Positions 1 to 9,048 of a stretch of DNA of 64,000 nt are shown piece by piece. The notes under the pieces are model-generated. The model did not search any database. It saw nothing but the letters and a program-made list of their open reading frames with translations, and had not been told where the DNA came from. The DNA is taken from the IMG/VR virus record IMGVR_UViG_2600255073_000006. One strand, given 5' to 3'. Every line of letters starts with the position of its first letter. The stretch's first letter is position 1. Both the position numbers and the translations under genes were made by a program. Source of the stretch: a virus.

Positions 1-67
1 ATCACGCTCAATAAAAGTTCGACTGAATACCACATAAATCTCTTTAGAGGTGGTGGTGGCCATACGT

Positions 68-134
68 CCCGAAAAATTTTTATTTCACGAGCAGTTGCCT
101 CGTTTGCTAACTTGAAGGATCCAGAAGAACCTAT
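68..134 (-). other. Candidate cos site (cosQ/cosN-like), copy 1
   Basis: Minus strand reads ATAGGTTCT-22 nt-ACGAGGCAACTGCTCGT-GAAATAAAAATTTTTCGGG, resembling the lambda layout GGGTCCT...ACG GGGCGGCGACCT CG...AAAATTTTCCGG. It is identical to 46502-46568. Confidence 0.5.
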
Positions 135-183
135 GTAATTGTTTTATATAGATACTTTTAAGATCCTTTTTAAGCTTTCATCA

Positions 184-480
184 TCACAGGGGCATTAAAC
201 GACGATAGTGAAACTCCATGCCCCCACAATCTAAACCAATATGTCTTCTTGTTAGGTAACATCTCTCATTTAAACTTCTCAAATTCGAACTTGCCCAACT
301 TGGTGACAAATCGCATCGTTTAGAAATAAGTTGCGCTGTAACTTCTTCACCCTGCTCTATCGAATCCAAGACGCGTAATTGTGTCTTGCTCAGCTTCAAC
401 CATTTCACTTGGTGAGGATCACGTTGCGCCTCGGCCACTAAATTGTGATTCAGGTCACCTTTTACCCCAAATTTACCCAT
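184..480 (-). CDS. Small winged-helix (MarR-like) DNA-binding protein
   Basis: 98 aa with an HTH-like segment TAQLISKRCDLSPSWASSNLRSL; last gene of the late operon. Confidence 0.6.
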   Translation of the reverse strand: MGKFGVKGDLNHNLVAEAQRDPHQVKWLKLSKTQLRVLDSIEQGEEVTAQLISKRCDLSPSWASSNLRSLNERCYLTRRHIGLDCGGMEFHYRRLMPL

Positions 481-518
481 AGTAATACTGTCCGCAGCGA
501 TTATATTTTGAGTGGAGG

Positions 519-1793
519 TTAATCACTGATTTCATTTGCGTTTATTAAGAGGAACGTTTTTTGAAAATCAGGTATAAAACAGGTTCGCCAGCAATTTTTT
601 AACCACAAATGATAGGCTTTGAGTGCTTCTGATTTCTGCAGCTCTATATGCGTGTGGATATACGTTTGATCCATTTTGTTTTTGGCATGATTCAGTAGAG
701 TCTCTGCAACCAGATAATCAATGCCTATATCGGCCCACACGGTGCGTGCTAACTTTCTTAAATCGTGTGCGGTCCAGTGGCCATGCGCGATGGCTCTGAT
801 CATCTGATTGGCCACCGTGCTTGAGATTGGGCTTCGATCTCGCGGTGAGGCGGGAAAGAGATGGTTGCCTTTATAATGATGCGCCAATTGCCAGGCTTTG
901 TAGGCCTTAAGCAAACACACCCATTCATCGGTTAATGGATAGACGATCTCTTTTCTGGTCTTGGTGTCCCGCATCGGAATTTTCCACTGCTTGGTGATAA
1001 AACAAATGTTGCACCATTTTGATTTGCGCGTTTCCCCAATGCGTGTGCCATGGCTGAGCATCATCAAACATAACATGCGCGTTAAAGGCTCAGCTTGCCC
1101 AAACTGCACCAATAACTCTGCTGTCTGCCCAACCAGCAAACTGCATCCCTTTGGCTGGATTCTGGCTTTGACAAAGTCAGTGAAGATCATGTCATTGAGC
1201 GGATTATGGCCGATTTTGTTGATTTTTCTTGCCCGGTTGAAGGCCACCTTTAACACCTGAAATATCGAGCGAATATAACTGATGGAATACTGCTGTTCGC
1301 GTAACGGCTTCATCAATTGCTGTTCAATTTCACGGTGGGACAGGCCCGCTATCTTTACACCATGCAGACGAGAAATCAGGTGGGCATCCACCATGGGCTT
1401 AAGCGAATTCAGTCGATCTCTCGATAAGTGTCGATTTCGCGTCTCCATATCTAAATACCAAATCAGCAGCTCATCGACGGTGGTAAATTCATTCGCGCGT
1501 GTTGTGATCCCCACTGAGCGCTGCTTGGCGATGTGCTCAACCACCTCGGGGACGTCTTTCGCGCTTAAGTTGGGGTATTTGCCAAACACATGGGCGCTTT
1601 GCTTGCCATCTTTGTACTCATAAAAGACCCAAGAGCCTTGCACTCGGTTTTTCTTATAGCGAAAGTACACCGAATATCGGTCATCTTTCAGCTGTCTGAC
1701 ATGAAGGCGTCTGGCATATCGCTTGATCTGCGCCTCTGAGATCTTACAACGCACGGTCGCAGGCAGATGCACGGCAGCATTTGACGTTAACAT
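519..1793 (-). CDS. Tyrosine recombinase (second, tail-operon-linked)
   Basis: Catalytic motifs HGTRIGE, AHDLRK, LLNH, TYIH; starts 1 nt after the gene D stop codon. Confidence 0.9.
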   Translation of the reverse strand: MLTSNAAVHLPATVRCKISEAQIKRYARRLHVRQLKDDRYSVYFRYKKNRVQGSWVFYEYKDGKQSAHVFGKYPNLSAKDVPEVVEHIAKQRSVGITTRANEFTTVDELLIWYLDMETRNRHLSRDRLNSLKPMVDAHLISRLHGVKIAGLSHREIEQQLMKPLREQQYSISYIRSIFQVLKVAFNRARKINKIGHNPLNDMIFTDFVKARIQPKGCSLLVGQTAELLVQFGQAEPLTRMLCLMMLSHGTRIGETRKSKWCNICFITKQWKIPMRDTKTRKEIVYPLTDEWVCLLKAYKAWQLAHHYKGNHLFPASPRDRSPISSTVANQMIRAIAHGHWTAHDLRKLARTVWADIGIDYLVAETLLNHAKNKMDQTYIHTHIELQKSEALKAYHLWLKNCWRTCFIPDFQKTFLLINANEISD

Positions 1794-1794
1794 C

Positions 1795-2778
1795 CTACTC
1801 TCCTGTTAACGTAGCGGTAATGTTCATTCTTCTTGGCTGTAGCCCTTGGCCTGAGAATGACACGCTATCAATGGAACACGTCCCTTGAAAGGCTTTGGGG
1901 AAGGTGCTGTCTAGGATCAAGAGCCCTTCGGCAAAGGCAGCAGGGTTTGGCGGCGCGTCGATAGTGAGCTTTCGTCCCTCTCGCTGCATTTTTCTCAGTT
2001 CACTCGCGCAGGCTTGCTCGGCTTCTTGTTGACTGTTTTTGTCTTTGCCGATCACTTTAAATGGCGCCTTGCCCTTTTTCACTTCCTGACGCGTGCCATT
2101 CTCGGTCGAAAGATAAAACGCCTTCACACCGGTCACCTCGGTTCGGCCATCGAGATCAATGCTGACATTAATGACGTTCGGTCGCTGGGGTTGGTTATCG
2201 TCAGGTTGTGACAACGTCACCGTTTCAATCGCTTTACCACTGGCACTTCTCGCTTCCCCTTTGGGCGCAAAAATAAAACGGCCATCGACGGGTTTGGCAA
2301 CCGCATCATAGTGCTTGGCCAATCGGTGCAAAAACGCCGGGGTGCTTTCATCGGTGCGATCAAGATGTGCGATTTCAATTTTTTGTAATCTCGGATGGAC
2401 AAAAGCTTGAAAGCCATGTGGGGTGACCGTATCGGCGACGACTTGCGCTAAGGTGGTCTTGTCCCAGCTCATCGATTGACGCTCTCGATAACCGGTTTGG
2501 TCTTTAATGTGGAACGGGGCAACAGAGAGCACCAACGTCACTTCTCGGGGGTGTAAGCAAATGGAGCGTTTCGATATTTGAAACTCATCGCGCAGCACCT
2601 CCCCTAAATAGACCGAGTACTTTTCTCCTTTCGGGGGAATGCCGTCGATATCATCCGAGTTAATGGTTAATGTCAGGCTATCCCCCTCGATGCCGTTGCC
2701 ATCAGAGAGGCGCCAAGATTTAAGGCGAGCCAATATCCATTCGCTGTGTTTACCAATAAGTTTGAGCATCAGTCCCAA
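1795..2778 (-). CDS. Phage late control / baseplate hub protein (P2 gpD-like)
   Basis: DGNGIEGDSLTLT and HLDRTDES..FL.RLAKHYDA motifs; position after the X/U/T genes. Confidence 0.85.
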   Translation of the reverse strand: MGLMLKLIGKHSEWILARLKSWRLSDGNGIEGDSLTLTINSDDIDGIPPKGEKYSVYLGEVLRDEFQISKRSICLHPREVTLVLSVAPFHIKDQTGYRERQSMSWDKTTLAQVVADTVTPHGFQAFVHPRLQKIEIAHLDRTDESTPAFLHRLAKHYDAVAKPVDGRFIFAPKGEARSASGKAIETVTLSQPDDNQPQRPNVINVSIDLDGRTEVTGVKAFYLSTENGTRQEVKKGKAPFKVIGKDKNSQQEAEQACASELRKMQREGRKLTIDAPPNPAAFAEGLLILDSTFPKAFQGTCSIDSVSFSGQGLQPRRMNITATLTGE

Positions 2779-2972
2779 GACCTCGTTACAGATTGAGTGG
2801 GTTCGACCGTGAGTAACTCAGGCAGTTGAACCTCGGTATCGGCCGTGAAGATATCCCCACGGACATGTGGATTCAGGCGATAAAACTCGACCTCTAATGG
2901 GTCGCTGTCTTGCCTGGCGTGTTTAAACAACAAATCAGTGATTAATTCCCCTTTACGGGCCCATACTTTCAT
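2769..2972 (-). CDS. Tail protein X (LysM-like)
   Basis: 67 aa with YRLNPH..G...VQLP pattern; synteny. Confidence 0.8.
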   Translation of the reverse strand: MKVWARKGELITDLLFKHARQDSDPLEVEFYRLNPHVRGDIFTADTEVQLPELLTVEPTQSVTRSWD

Positions 2973-3337
2973 TCTCGAAACTCCAACAATTGCAACGACA
3001 CCTCGGTGACCATGGCGCGGCCATCATGGATGAGCTCACTGCGCCCTTCTTTGATCTGCTTGATGGTCCAGCGGCCAAGGTTAAACCCTTGACCATCACT
3101 GACTTGTTGCGGCTCATCAATCAAAGCACGGATCGCATCCACCGATTGCGCTGCGCTGTATTGAAGCCATTTGGCACGGATGTCTATCGTTTCCAGTGGT
3201 CGGCCCGTTCGCTCTGAACGGGCGTTATCAATCAGGCCCACTTCAGAATAAGCGCCGGCCGTGGTTCTATCAAACTGGGTGATGGGCGTTTTATCGCCCA
3301 CCGAAAACACACACTCTCCAATCACTAAATGATGCAT
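2969..3337 (-). CDS. P2 gpU-like tail protein
   Basis: 122 aa, LGRWTIKQIKE motif, located between tape measure and X. Confidence 0.75.
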   Translation of the reverse strand: MHHLVIGECVFSVGDKTPITQFDRTTAGAYSEVGLIDNARSERTGRPLETIDIRAKWLQYSAAQSVDAIRALIDEPQQVSDGQGFNLGRWTIKQIKEGRSELIHDGRAMVTEVSLQLLEFRE

Positions 3338-3339
3338 GG

Positions 3340-6060
3340 TTAACCTCTATCAATGGCCGATACCTGAATGGATTCGTCGATGGTCAGCCCCGTGAGCGAG
3401 TGATATTGAGCCTTGAGTTGTTGATCAATTTGAGCGCTGACCTGGGCCGCAATGGCCTGCTCGTCCATACCCGGCGCCGCTTGGATCGCGACATGAGTTT
3501 CAAAGTTGACATTGGAGGGCTGTCGAACGGCGGAACCGGCTTTTTCTTTTTCTACGACTTTTTCAGACACCGCTTGTGAGGCCATCAGCTTATCGCTGGG
3601 TGTATCAAGCTTATCGCCAAACCAGCCCCCTAAAAACTCACCACCCAAATCCCCTAATAGCGACCCAGCGAGGCCACCTATCACGGTACCGACGCCAGGG
3701 AAAATCATGGTACCAATCGTTGCCCCGATCCCGGCGCCTCCCATGCTGCCAAGCAGGCCGCCACTTTCGACTAAAGCCGTTTTGGTATCGCCTTCGGACA
3801 CCGCCGTAGCAATGTTGCCGGCACTGATGGCCATATCCAATGGTCTAAGTAACTTGCCCACCCCCGTTTTCCCAACGCCTTGGGCCAGATCGCCTGCCAA
3901 CCCGATGCCGTCTTGGGCCATCGCCACCGCTGGCGTCATGGCTAAGGCGCCGCCTCCCAAAGCCAGCGGTAATGCCCCTCTGTTCGCGGTCATCATGGTG
4001 CTGGCCATCGAGTAAGCGCGCCCTAATGGGTTACGTGATCGCGGCCGGTTTGAAGATCTCTGAGAGGGTGAGCGCCTGTTCGCCCCCATACCGCCACGAC
4101 CGGAGCCCATGCGCATCAGGGTGTGATTCAATCGACTCAATTGCTTGGTGGCAAAGGCCGCAGCCCGGCCACTTTGCTGCGTTTCTTGGTTTAATCCTTT
4201 GCGAAATAAGCGCCCTTTATCCAGGGTATTGCCAAAGATAAGCGAGGCGGCTTTTCCTGCTAACAGCGCACCTTTAAAGGCCAGTAAGCCGGCAATGCCG
4301 ATCCCGACGGCAGCGGTCACGCCCTGATTGGCTTCGGCAAAATCGGCCAAGAGGTTGATGCCATCACCTAGTGGCTCCAGCACCCAATTGAGCGCCGGCA
4401 AAAGTGCGGTCCCAATGATCACGCTGAGCCGATTCACCTTGTTGATGAACTGAGCAATGCCGTTTTCACTGGTGTTGATCCGCGCCTGATATTCGTCTTG
4501 TAATGACTGAATATGCAAGTCTTGCCCTTGGCTTGCTAACATAAGGGTTTGACGAAAAAGCCCGGTGTTCGCGGCCAGCGACGCCACCGCGCCTTTCGCC
4601 TCTTCACCAAAGATTTTCGTGATCAAGGCACTTTGCTCTTCCAATGGCGCGTCTTTGATGGCTTCAAGCACCTGCAATAAGGTGCCTGACGCATCGCTTT
4701 GCATTGAGGCAGCAAGCTGAGTGGGATCGAAACCTACGCTAGAGAGCGCGTTTTGCTGCGCTTTGGTCGCAGCGTCGCCGAGGGTCAGGCGGCCGGAGAT
4801 GTTCTTTAATGCGGTCGCTGAGCGTTCTTCGCCCATCCCCGCAGAGAGCATTGAGGCCGACAGCGCCGCGGCTTCATTGGCGGAGAACCCTGCCATCTTG
4901 GCCGACGCCCCTTGCCTTGCCATTACGCCGGCAATGTCTTTCGCTTTGGCATTCGAGTGATTCGATAGATGGTTAGCCAGCCCCGCCAAGCCCATGGCCC
5001 CCTTTTGATCTAAGCCTAATGCGGCTTTAAAGACCGCGAGGGTCTCACCCGCTTGACTCGCTTCCATATCGAACGCGACCCCCATTTGCGCGGCGTCGAG
5101 CACGTACTGTTTTAATTGCGTTGGGTCTTTGATGCCGCTTTGGCCACCGGCGGCTAACATCGCGTTGATGTCATTGGCGCTCATCGGGGTTTGCGTCGAG
5201 GTTTTTAACGACCAGCTGCGCATCGCTTCGGCTTCTTCAGGGGTCATATCGACCACTTTTTTTACATCCGCGAAGGCACTTTCGTTCTTAACGGCCGACC
5301 ACACCGTGGCCGCAATGGGGGCTGCAGCCATGGTCAGCGAGGTGGCTTGCCCACCCATCTCACTCAATGTTGCATTACGTCTGTCGATGCGAGATTGGAT
5401 CGATTGGCGCTCTTTCAAGTGCCGAGTTTGCTTGGCAAGCGCTGCGGTGGCTTTTTCTGCCTGCGCTTCGAGCCTTTTTTGCTCATCACTCAAGCGGCCA
5501 GTATGGATCCCCGACTCTTTTAAGGCCGCGCCTAACCGTTTGAGTTTGTCTCGCTGCTGGTGTTGGCGCTCTGTGAGCTGAGTGACTCGTTTGGTGGCCG
5601 CTTTGTAGGCCGCATTCAAGTCTTGGGTTTTTACCTTACCGTGGTGGATCTCATCGTTTAACGCCTCTAACCGCTGTTGCGCCTCCAATAGCTGGCGCTT
5701 GAGATCCTTCGCCCCTTCGCCTGAGGCCTTTTTCATTTGCGCGTTGAGCTGGTTTATCTGCGCTTGTGTCTTGCTGTATTCACCGCGAAGACTCGACGTT
5801 CGCTGTTTGTTATCGGCCAGCGCTTGGCCAAGGCGACTCAGCTTGTCTTTGGCCTCATCCAGCTGGCCTGCCAACTTTGCCGCCCGCTTGCTTGCCGACT
5901 CAAATCCGTTGAGCTGCTTGAGTTTGCCATTGAGTGAAATCACTTCACCACGTTGGCTTTCCAATGCCGCGGTTAAGCGCTCTGTCGCCGTGGTCGTGGA
6001 GGTTATCGCCTCAAGACCCTTTACCGCAGTATTAAGGATGAGGTTAATTTTTTCGGACAT
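3340..6060 (-). CDS. Tail tape measure protein
   Basis: 906 aa; coiled-coil N-terminus, FADVKKVVD tape-measure motif, Ala/Gly-rich C-terminus. Confidence 0.95.
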   Translation of the reverse strand: MSEKINLILNTAVKGLEAITSTTTATERLTAALESQRGEVISLNGKLKQLNGFESASKRAAKLAGQLDEAKDKLSRLGQALADNKQRTSSLRGEYSKTQAQINQLNAQMKKASGEGAKDLKRQLLEAQQRLEALNDEIHHGKVKTQDLNAAYKAATKRVTQLTERQHQQRDKLKRLGAALKESGIHTGRLSDEQKRLEAQAEKATAALAKQTRHLKERQSIQSRIDRRNATLSEMGGQATSLTMAAAPIAATVWSAVKNESAFADVKKVVDMTPEEAEAMRSWSLKTSTQTPMSANDINAMLAAGGQSGIKDPTQLKQYVLDAAQMGVAFDMEASQAGETLAVFKAALGLDQKGAMGLAGLANHLSNHSNAKAKDIAGVMARQGASAKMAGFSANEAAALSASMLSAGMGEERSATALKNISGRLTLGDAATKAQQNALSSVGFDPTQLAASMQSDASGTLLQVLEAIKDAPLEEQSALITKIFGEEAKGAVASLAANTGLFRQTLMLASQGQDLHIQSLQDEYQARINTSENGIAQFINKVNRLSVIIGTALLPALNWVLEPLGDGINLLADFAEANQGVTAAVGIGIAGLLAFKGALLAGKAASLIFGNTLDKGRLFRKGLNQETQQSGRAAAFATKQLSRLNHTLMRMGSGRGGMGANRRSPSQRSSNRPRSRNPLGRAYSMASTMMTANRGALPLALGGGALAMTPAVAMAQDGIGLAGDLAQGVGKTGVGKLLRPLDMAISAGNIATAVSEGDTKTALVESGGLLGSMGGAGIGATIGTMIFPGVGTVIGGLAGSLLGDLGGEFLGGWFGDKLDTPSDKLMASQAVSEKVVEKEKAGSAVRQPSNVNFETHVAIQAAPGMDEQAIAAQVSAQIDQQLKAQYHSLTGLTIDESIQVSAIDRG

Positions 6061-6224
6061 TAGTTCACCCCAAGTTTGGCCAGAATAAGCTCATAACGGC
6101 GCACCGCCACATCTTGTGGCCATCGCCTCAGCTCAGATTCAGAGGTATTACGGTGCATCGGGATGAGGTCAATCAGGCTTTCGACGTCATCGGGCGAAAG
6201 TACGCCGCCGATTGTTGAAAAAAA
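6060..6224 (-). CDS. -1 frameshift extension of the tail assembly chaperone (P2 E+E'-like)
   Basis: T7 run (GCT TTT TTT CAA; plus-strand A7 at 6218-6224). The -1 frame STIGGVLSPDDVESLIDLIPMHRNTSESELRRWPQDVAVRRYELILAKLGVN* ends in TAATG overlapping the tape-measure start. Confidence 0.7.
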   Translation of the reverse strand, partial: FFSTIGGVLSPDDVESLIDLIPMHRNTSESELRRWPQDVAVRRYELILAKLGVN

Positions 6225-6748
6225 GCGCCCACCTGCGGTTTGAGCGCCAGGTAATCATTAATGGACAGAAAGTGAAGATCACTAGGCTGCAAACCGGTGA
6301 TGACCTCAAACATGAAATCTTCACGCGCTTGCGCTTCGTTGATGTCGGCCAACGCTTCAGAGTGCGCCACTTTCGGTATCGCAAACGTCACTTTATGGAT
6401 GGTTTCACCGACCTCATTGTCGAAAGGATACAGCAAGGTAAACTCGGCTGAGGCCCCATTCAGCGGTGCGCCCTGCAAGGCATCGGAAGGTTGGAGGATC
6501 ATATCGCAGATATCGTCATAGAGCTGATTAAAATCGGGGACCGATAAGGTATCAAACTCTGTTTTGCTCACATCACTGCACGCCAAGATCAGCGCTTTGC
6601 GTTGCTCGAATAACTGTTTGGCGGTCAGTTCATCTTCGGTTTCGATGTGTGGCAGCTGACGAAATTGGGCAACAGGAAGGGTGTTCAATACCACGTTCTC
6701 ACGGCAAAAGAACGTCAGTTTACTTTGATTTTTCATGCGTTTTTCCAT
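6173..6748 (-). CDS. Tail assembly chaperone (gpE-like)
   Basis: Directly upstream of tape measure; ends DYLALKPQVGAFF at the slippery site. Confidence 0.8.
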   Translation of the reverse strand: MEKRMKNQSKLTFFCRENVVLNTLPVAQFRQLPHIETEDELTAKQLFEQRKALILACSDVSKTEFDTLSVPDFNQLYDDICDMILQPSDALQGAPLNGASAEFTLLYPFDNEVGETIHKVTFAIPKVAHSEALADINEAQAREDFMFEVITGLQPSDLHFLSINDYLALKPQVGAFFQQSAAYFRPMTSKA

Positions 6749-6775
6749 AAAAAAGCCACCCGAGTGGATGGCTTT
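6749..6775 (-). terminator. Intrinsic terminator after the antirepressor cassette
   Basis: AAAGCCA-TCCACTCGGG-TGGCTTT followed by a T run on the minus strand. Confidence 0.5.
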
Positions 6776-6793
6776 GGCTTGAATGCATCGTGG

Positions 6794-6991
6794 TTAATAG
6801 GGATTACGGAGCAATTTGCTCAGCTTACGCTCTTGAAAGTCCGCGAGCTGGATCGCGCCCTCAATCGCTGCGTATTGTTCCGTTTTTCGATTTTCGCCTT
6901 CCAGCGCAAGAGAGAGTATGGAAGAAATGCTGCGAAGTGAGACCAGGGCGTGCTCAAGAGATTCCGCGTCGATGGGGTCAGTGTCACTCAT
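6794..6991 (-). CDS. Hypothetical protein, 65 aa, coupled to the antirepressor gene
   Basis: 4-nt overlap (ATGA) with the upstream gene. Confidence 0.55.
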   Translation of the reverse strand: MSDTDPIDAESLEHALVSLRSISSILSLALEGENRKTEQYAAIEGAIQLADFQERKLSKLLRNPY

Positions 6992-7806
6992 GCGGCCACC
7001 CGATCCTTGCTCAGCTTTAGGTGGGTGTAGGCACTGTCCCAGCTCTTCTTCATCGGTAACTTACCCTGCAAATACAGCTCATATAATTTGATGGCGCCTT
7101 TTTGCAGTAAAATGGGCGTGGCCGTGACAAACGAGTCGTAACCATGCATTGAGATCAGGTTCTCTTTTTCGGTCATGTAGTTATCTCTTGCATAACTGGC
7201 GACCCGATAACCCGACCTTTTGCTGCGCTCTTTGTACATCCAGCCTAACTCAACCAAAAACGCGTTGATTTGTTGGACGTTAATACCATTGAGCATGCGA
7301 CCAAACTGCGGCGCGGTCAATCCACCTTTAAATAGATTTTCCAGTCCCTCAATTTTTTGCGCTTGTTGTTGGTTTTCAACTCTCAGCACATCACGCTCTC
7401 TTGCCGCTTCTAACGCAATCTCCAATATCTCGGTTGTGGTCAGTTCTGGGCGCTGTGCTTGTTTGGAATCTAAAAAGGCTTGATTCACCGTCAATTGAAA
7501 GCGTGGGCTTATCCAACCGGCATAGGAAATGGCGAGCAGTTCGTGGGCATAGGTACCAGGGTGAATGCCCCCTTTTACACAGTTGACCGAGGCTAACCCC
7601 AAATTCGGGGTTAGGTCCAATTCGGTCACCAAAGCTTGGGTCGACGCGTTGTCTAACCACTTGTTGGGCGCCTTACTTTTTCCAAGCGCACTGGCTTTGT
7701 GCAAATCATTTAAGTTATAACGGCCCATCTCATCGACACGTATTTCGATACCCGCAATGACAGGGATCGGATCTGGTGTTAAGATTAAACCATGTTCATT
7801 TCTCAT
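6988..7806 (-). CDS. ant: KilA-N / KilAC antirepressor
   Basis: KilA-N motifs YNLNDLHKAS and ISYAGWISPRFQL; KilAC-like C-terminus. RBS GGAGGGG precedes the ATG at 7806. Confidence 0.85.
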   Translation of the reverse strand: MRNEHGLILTPDPIPVIAGIEIRVDEMGRYNLNDLHKASALGKSKAPNKWLDNASTQALVTELDLTPNLGLASVNCVKGGIHPGTYAHELLAISYAGWISPRFQLTVNQAFLDSKQAQRPELTTTEILEIALEAARERDVLRVENQQQAQKIEGLENLFKGGLTAPQFGRMLNGINVQQINAFLVELGWMYKERSKRSGYRVASYARDNYMTEKENLISMHGYDSFVTATPILLQKGAIKLYELYLQGKLPMKKSWDSAYTHLKLSKDRVAA

Positions 7807-7867
7807 ATTCCCCTCCACGGAATAGTGAATTGGACTGAAACCTCAGTGTTCACGCACTGGGGTTTTG
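7792..7867 (+). ncRNA. Candidate sar-like antisense RNA against the ant RBS/start
   Basis: Plus-strand promoter ATGACA(7757-7762)-17 bp-TAAGAT(7780-7785) lies inside the 5' end of ant. The RNA would cover the ant ATG and RBS and end at hairpin ACCTCAGTG-TTCACG-CACTGGGGT followed by TTT. Confidence 0.55.
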
Positions 7868-7885
7868 TCATTTCTACACCGTTGA

Positions 7886-7945
7886 TCATCCACCCTGTTT
7901 TTCATGCTCCATTTTGGCTTGTTGATCACGATGTTTTCCCTTCAA
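7886..7945 (-). pseudogene. Possible internally deleted arc-like mini-gene (MKGKHRDQQAKMEHEKQGG)
   Basis: GGAGG RBS, TTG start, at the arc position of a P22 immI-like layout; only 19 aa. Confidence 0.3.
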
Positions 7946-7964
7946 AATGACCTCCTTCAACCAG

Positions 7965-7983
7965 TGATAGCCAGTTGCTACCA
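7965..7983. promoter_or_regulatory. Palindromic operator between divergent RHH and ant genes
   Basis: TGATAGC-CAGTT-GCTACCA; a second palindrome AATAG..CTATT lies just downstream. Confidence 0.45.
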
Positions 7984-8001
7984 TTGGAAGAATAGTAGTA
8001 T

Positions 8002-8469
8002 ATGGCTATTATTGTCAAAGACTGTCCTATGGAATTTTATATGACTCAACGTCCTCCACAAATTAACGTGCGAATGCCAGAAGATCTTAAGAAAAACCTT
8101 CACTTAGCAGCAAAAGAACACAACATCTCCGTCAACGCCGAGATAGTCAGTCGCCTCAGTTCATCATTTATAAAAGAGACGCCGATACCCGTCAAACTCC
8201 CCAACGCCAATGAAGCAAAACAGAAGACCATTGCAAGCAGAGCTTTCCTTCATTTGAACCTAATGAACCGGATCAGCAATGAAGTTCACCGCCGCTCGGC
8301 GCTGGGTCTTTTTAACGCTTATATTTGTCTCAGAGAGTTTGAGCTGGCCTCCGATGCTGAGCCTGTTATTGAGACGGTCATCAAACCCGTCATCTCATCT
8401 TTGGTGGATTGTGGGTATACACTCCCCTGCGACTGGAGTATTGAAGGTTTCACGATAGCCTGGGAATAA
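8002..8469 (+). CDS. Arc/Mnt-family ribbon-helix-helix repressor with C-terminal extension
   Basis: PPQINVRMPEDLKKNLHLAAKEHNISVNAEIVSRL; divergent from ant. Confidence 0.8.
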   Translation: MAIIVKDCPMEFYMTQRPPQINVRMPEDLKKNLHLAAKEHNISVNAEIVSRLSSSFIKETPIPVKLPNANEAKQKTIASRAFLHLNLMNRISNEVHRRSALGLFNAYICLREFELASDAEPVIETVIKPVISSLVDCGYTLPCDWSIEGFTIAWE

Positions 8470-8559
8470 ATGCGGTCACGCGAATATTGCCGGGTGATAA
8501 GGGGCGTGTGGACAGTCGCCACTAATAACAATGTTAACAATGTGGACTTACTCTCTATC

Positions 8560-9048
8560 TTAACGGATCCCCGCCGTCCCCATCAGATCCACACCACCCA
8601 CGATAGTCTTGCCCGTTTCAACGTTAATATCGTGAATGACGGTACCCGTATCGGTGAGCTTGTAGGCTTTACACGTTCCCTCAATGGTGACGGTGGGCTT
8701 TTCTCCCATCTTCACCGCCTCTTTTTTGATGTTGGTAATAAGCCCATACATCGAATACACCTCATGGTATTTCGACTGATCGGTGCCTTTGCCTTTTTCC
8801 GTCACGTTCACTTGGGCGTTATCCATAAAGAAGCGGCCCAGCGCGTTTTGGATTTTTTGGTGATCCCCCCGCACTTTCAGGGTCCATTTCAGCGGCTCAA
8901 AGCCCACCACATCTTCCGATTGCACAAACGAGCCCTCGTTTGAGACGGTCTTGGTTTTGATATCAACCGGAGTGAATTCGACGATTTCGTTCATCAGCGG
9001 CACAGACTCTACCTGCGCCGAAATCCGCATGCGAATACGATCAGCCAT
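8560..9048 (-). CDS. Contractile tail tube protein
   Basis: 162 aa directly after the sheath; ends IHDIN..GKTIVGGVD, typical of P2 FII-like tubes. Confidence 0.85.
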   Translation of the reverse strand: MADRIRMRISAQVESVPLMNEIVEFTPVDIKTKTVSNEGSFVQSEDVVGFEPLKWTLKVRGDHQKIQNALGRFFMDNAQVNVTEKGKGTDQSKYHEVYSMYGLITNIKKEAVKMGEKPTVTIEGTCKAYKLTDTGTVIHDINVETGKTIVGGVDLMGTAGIR

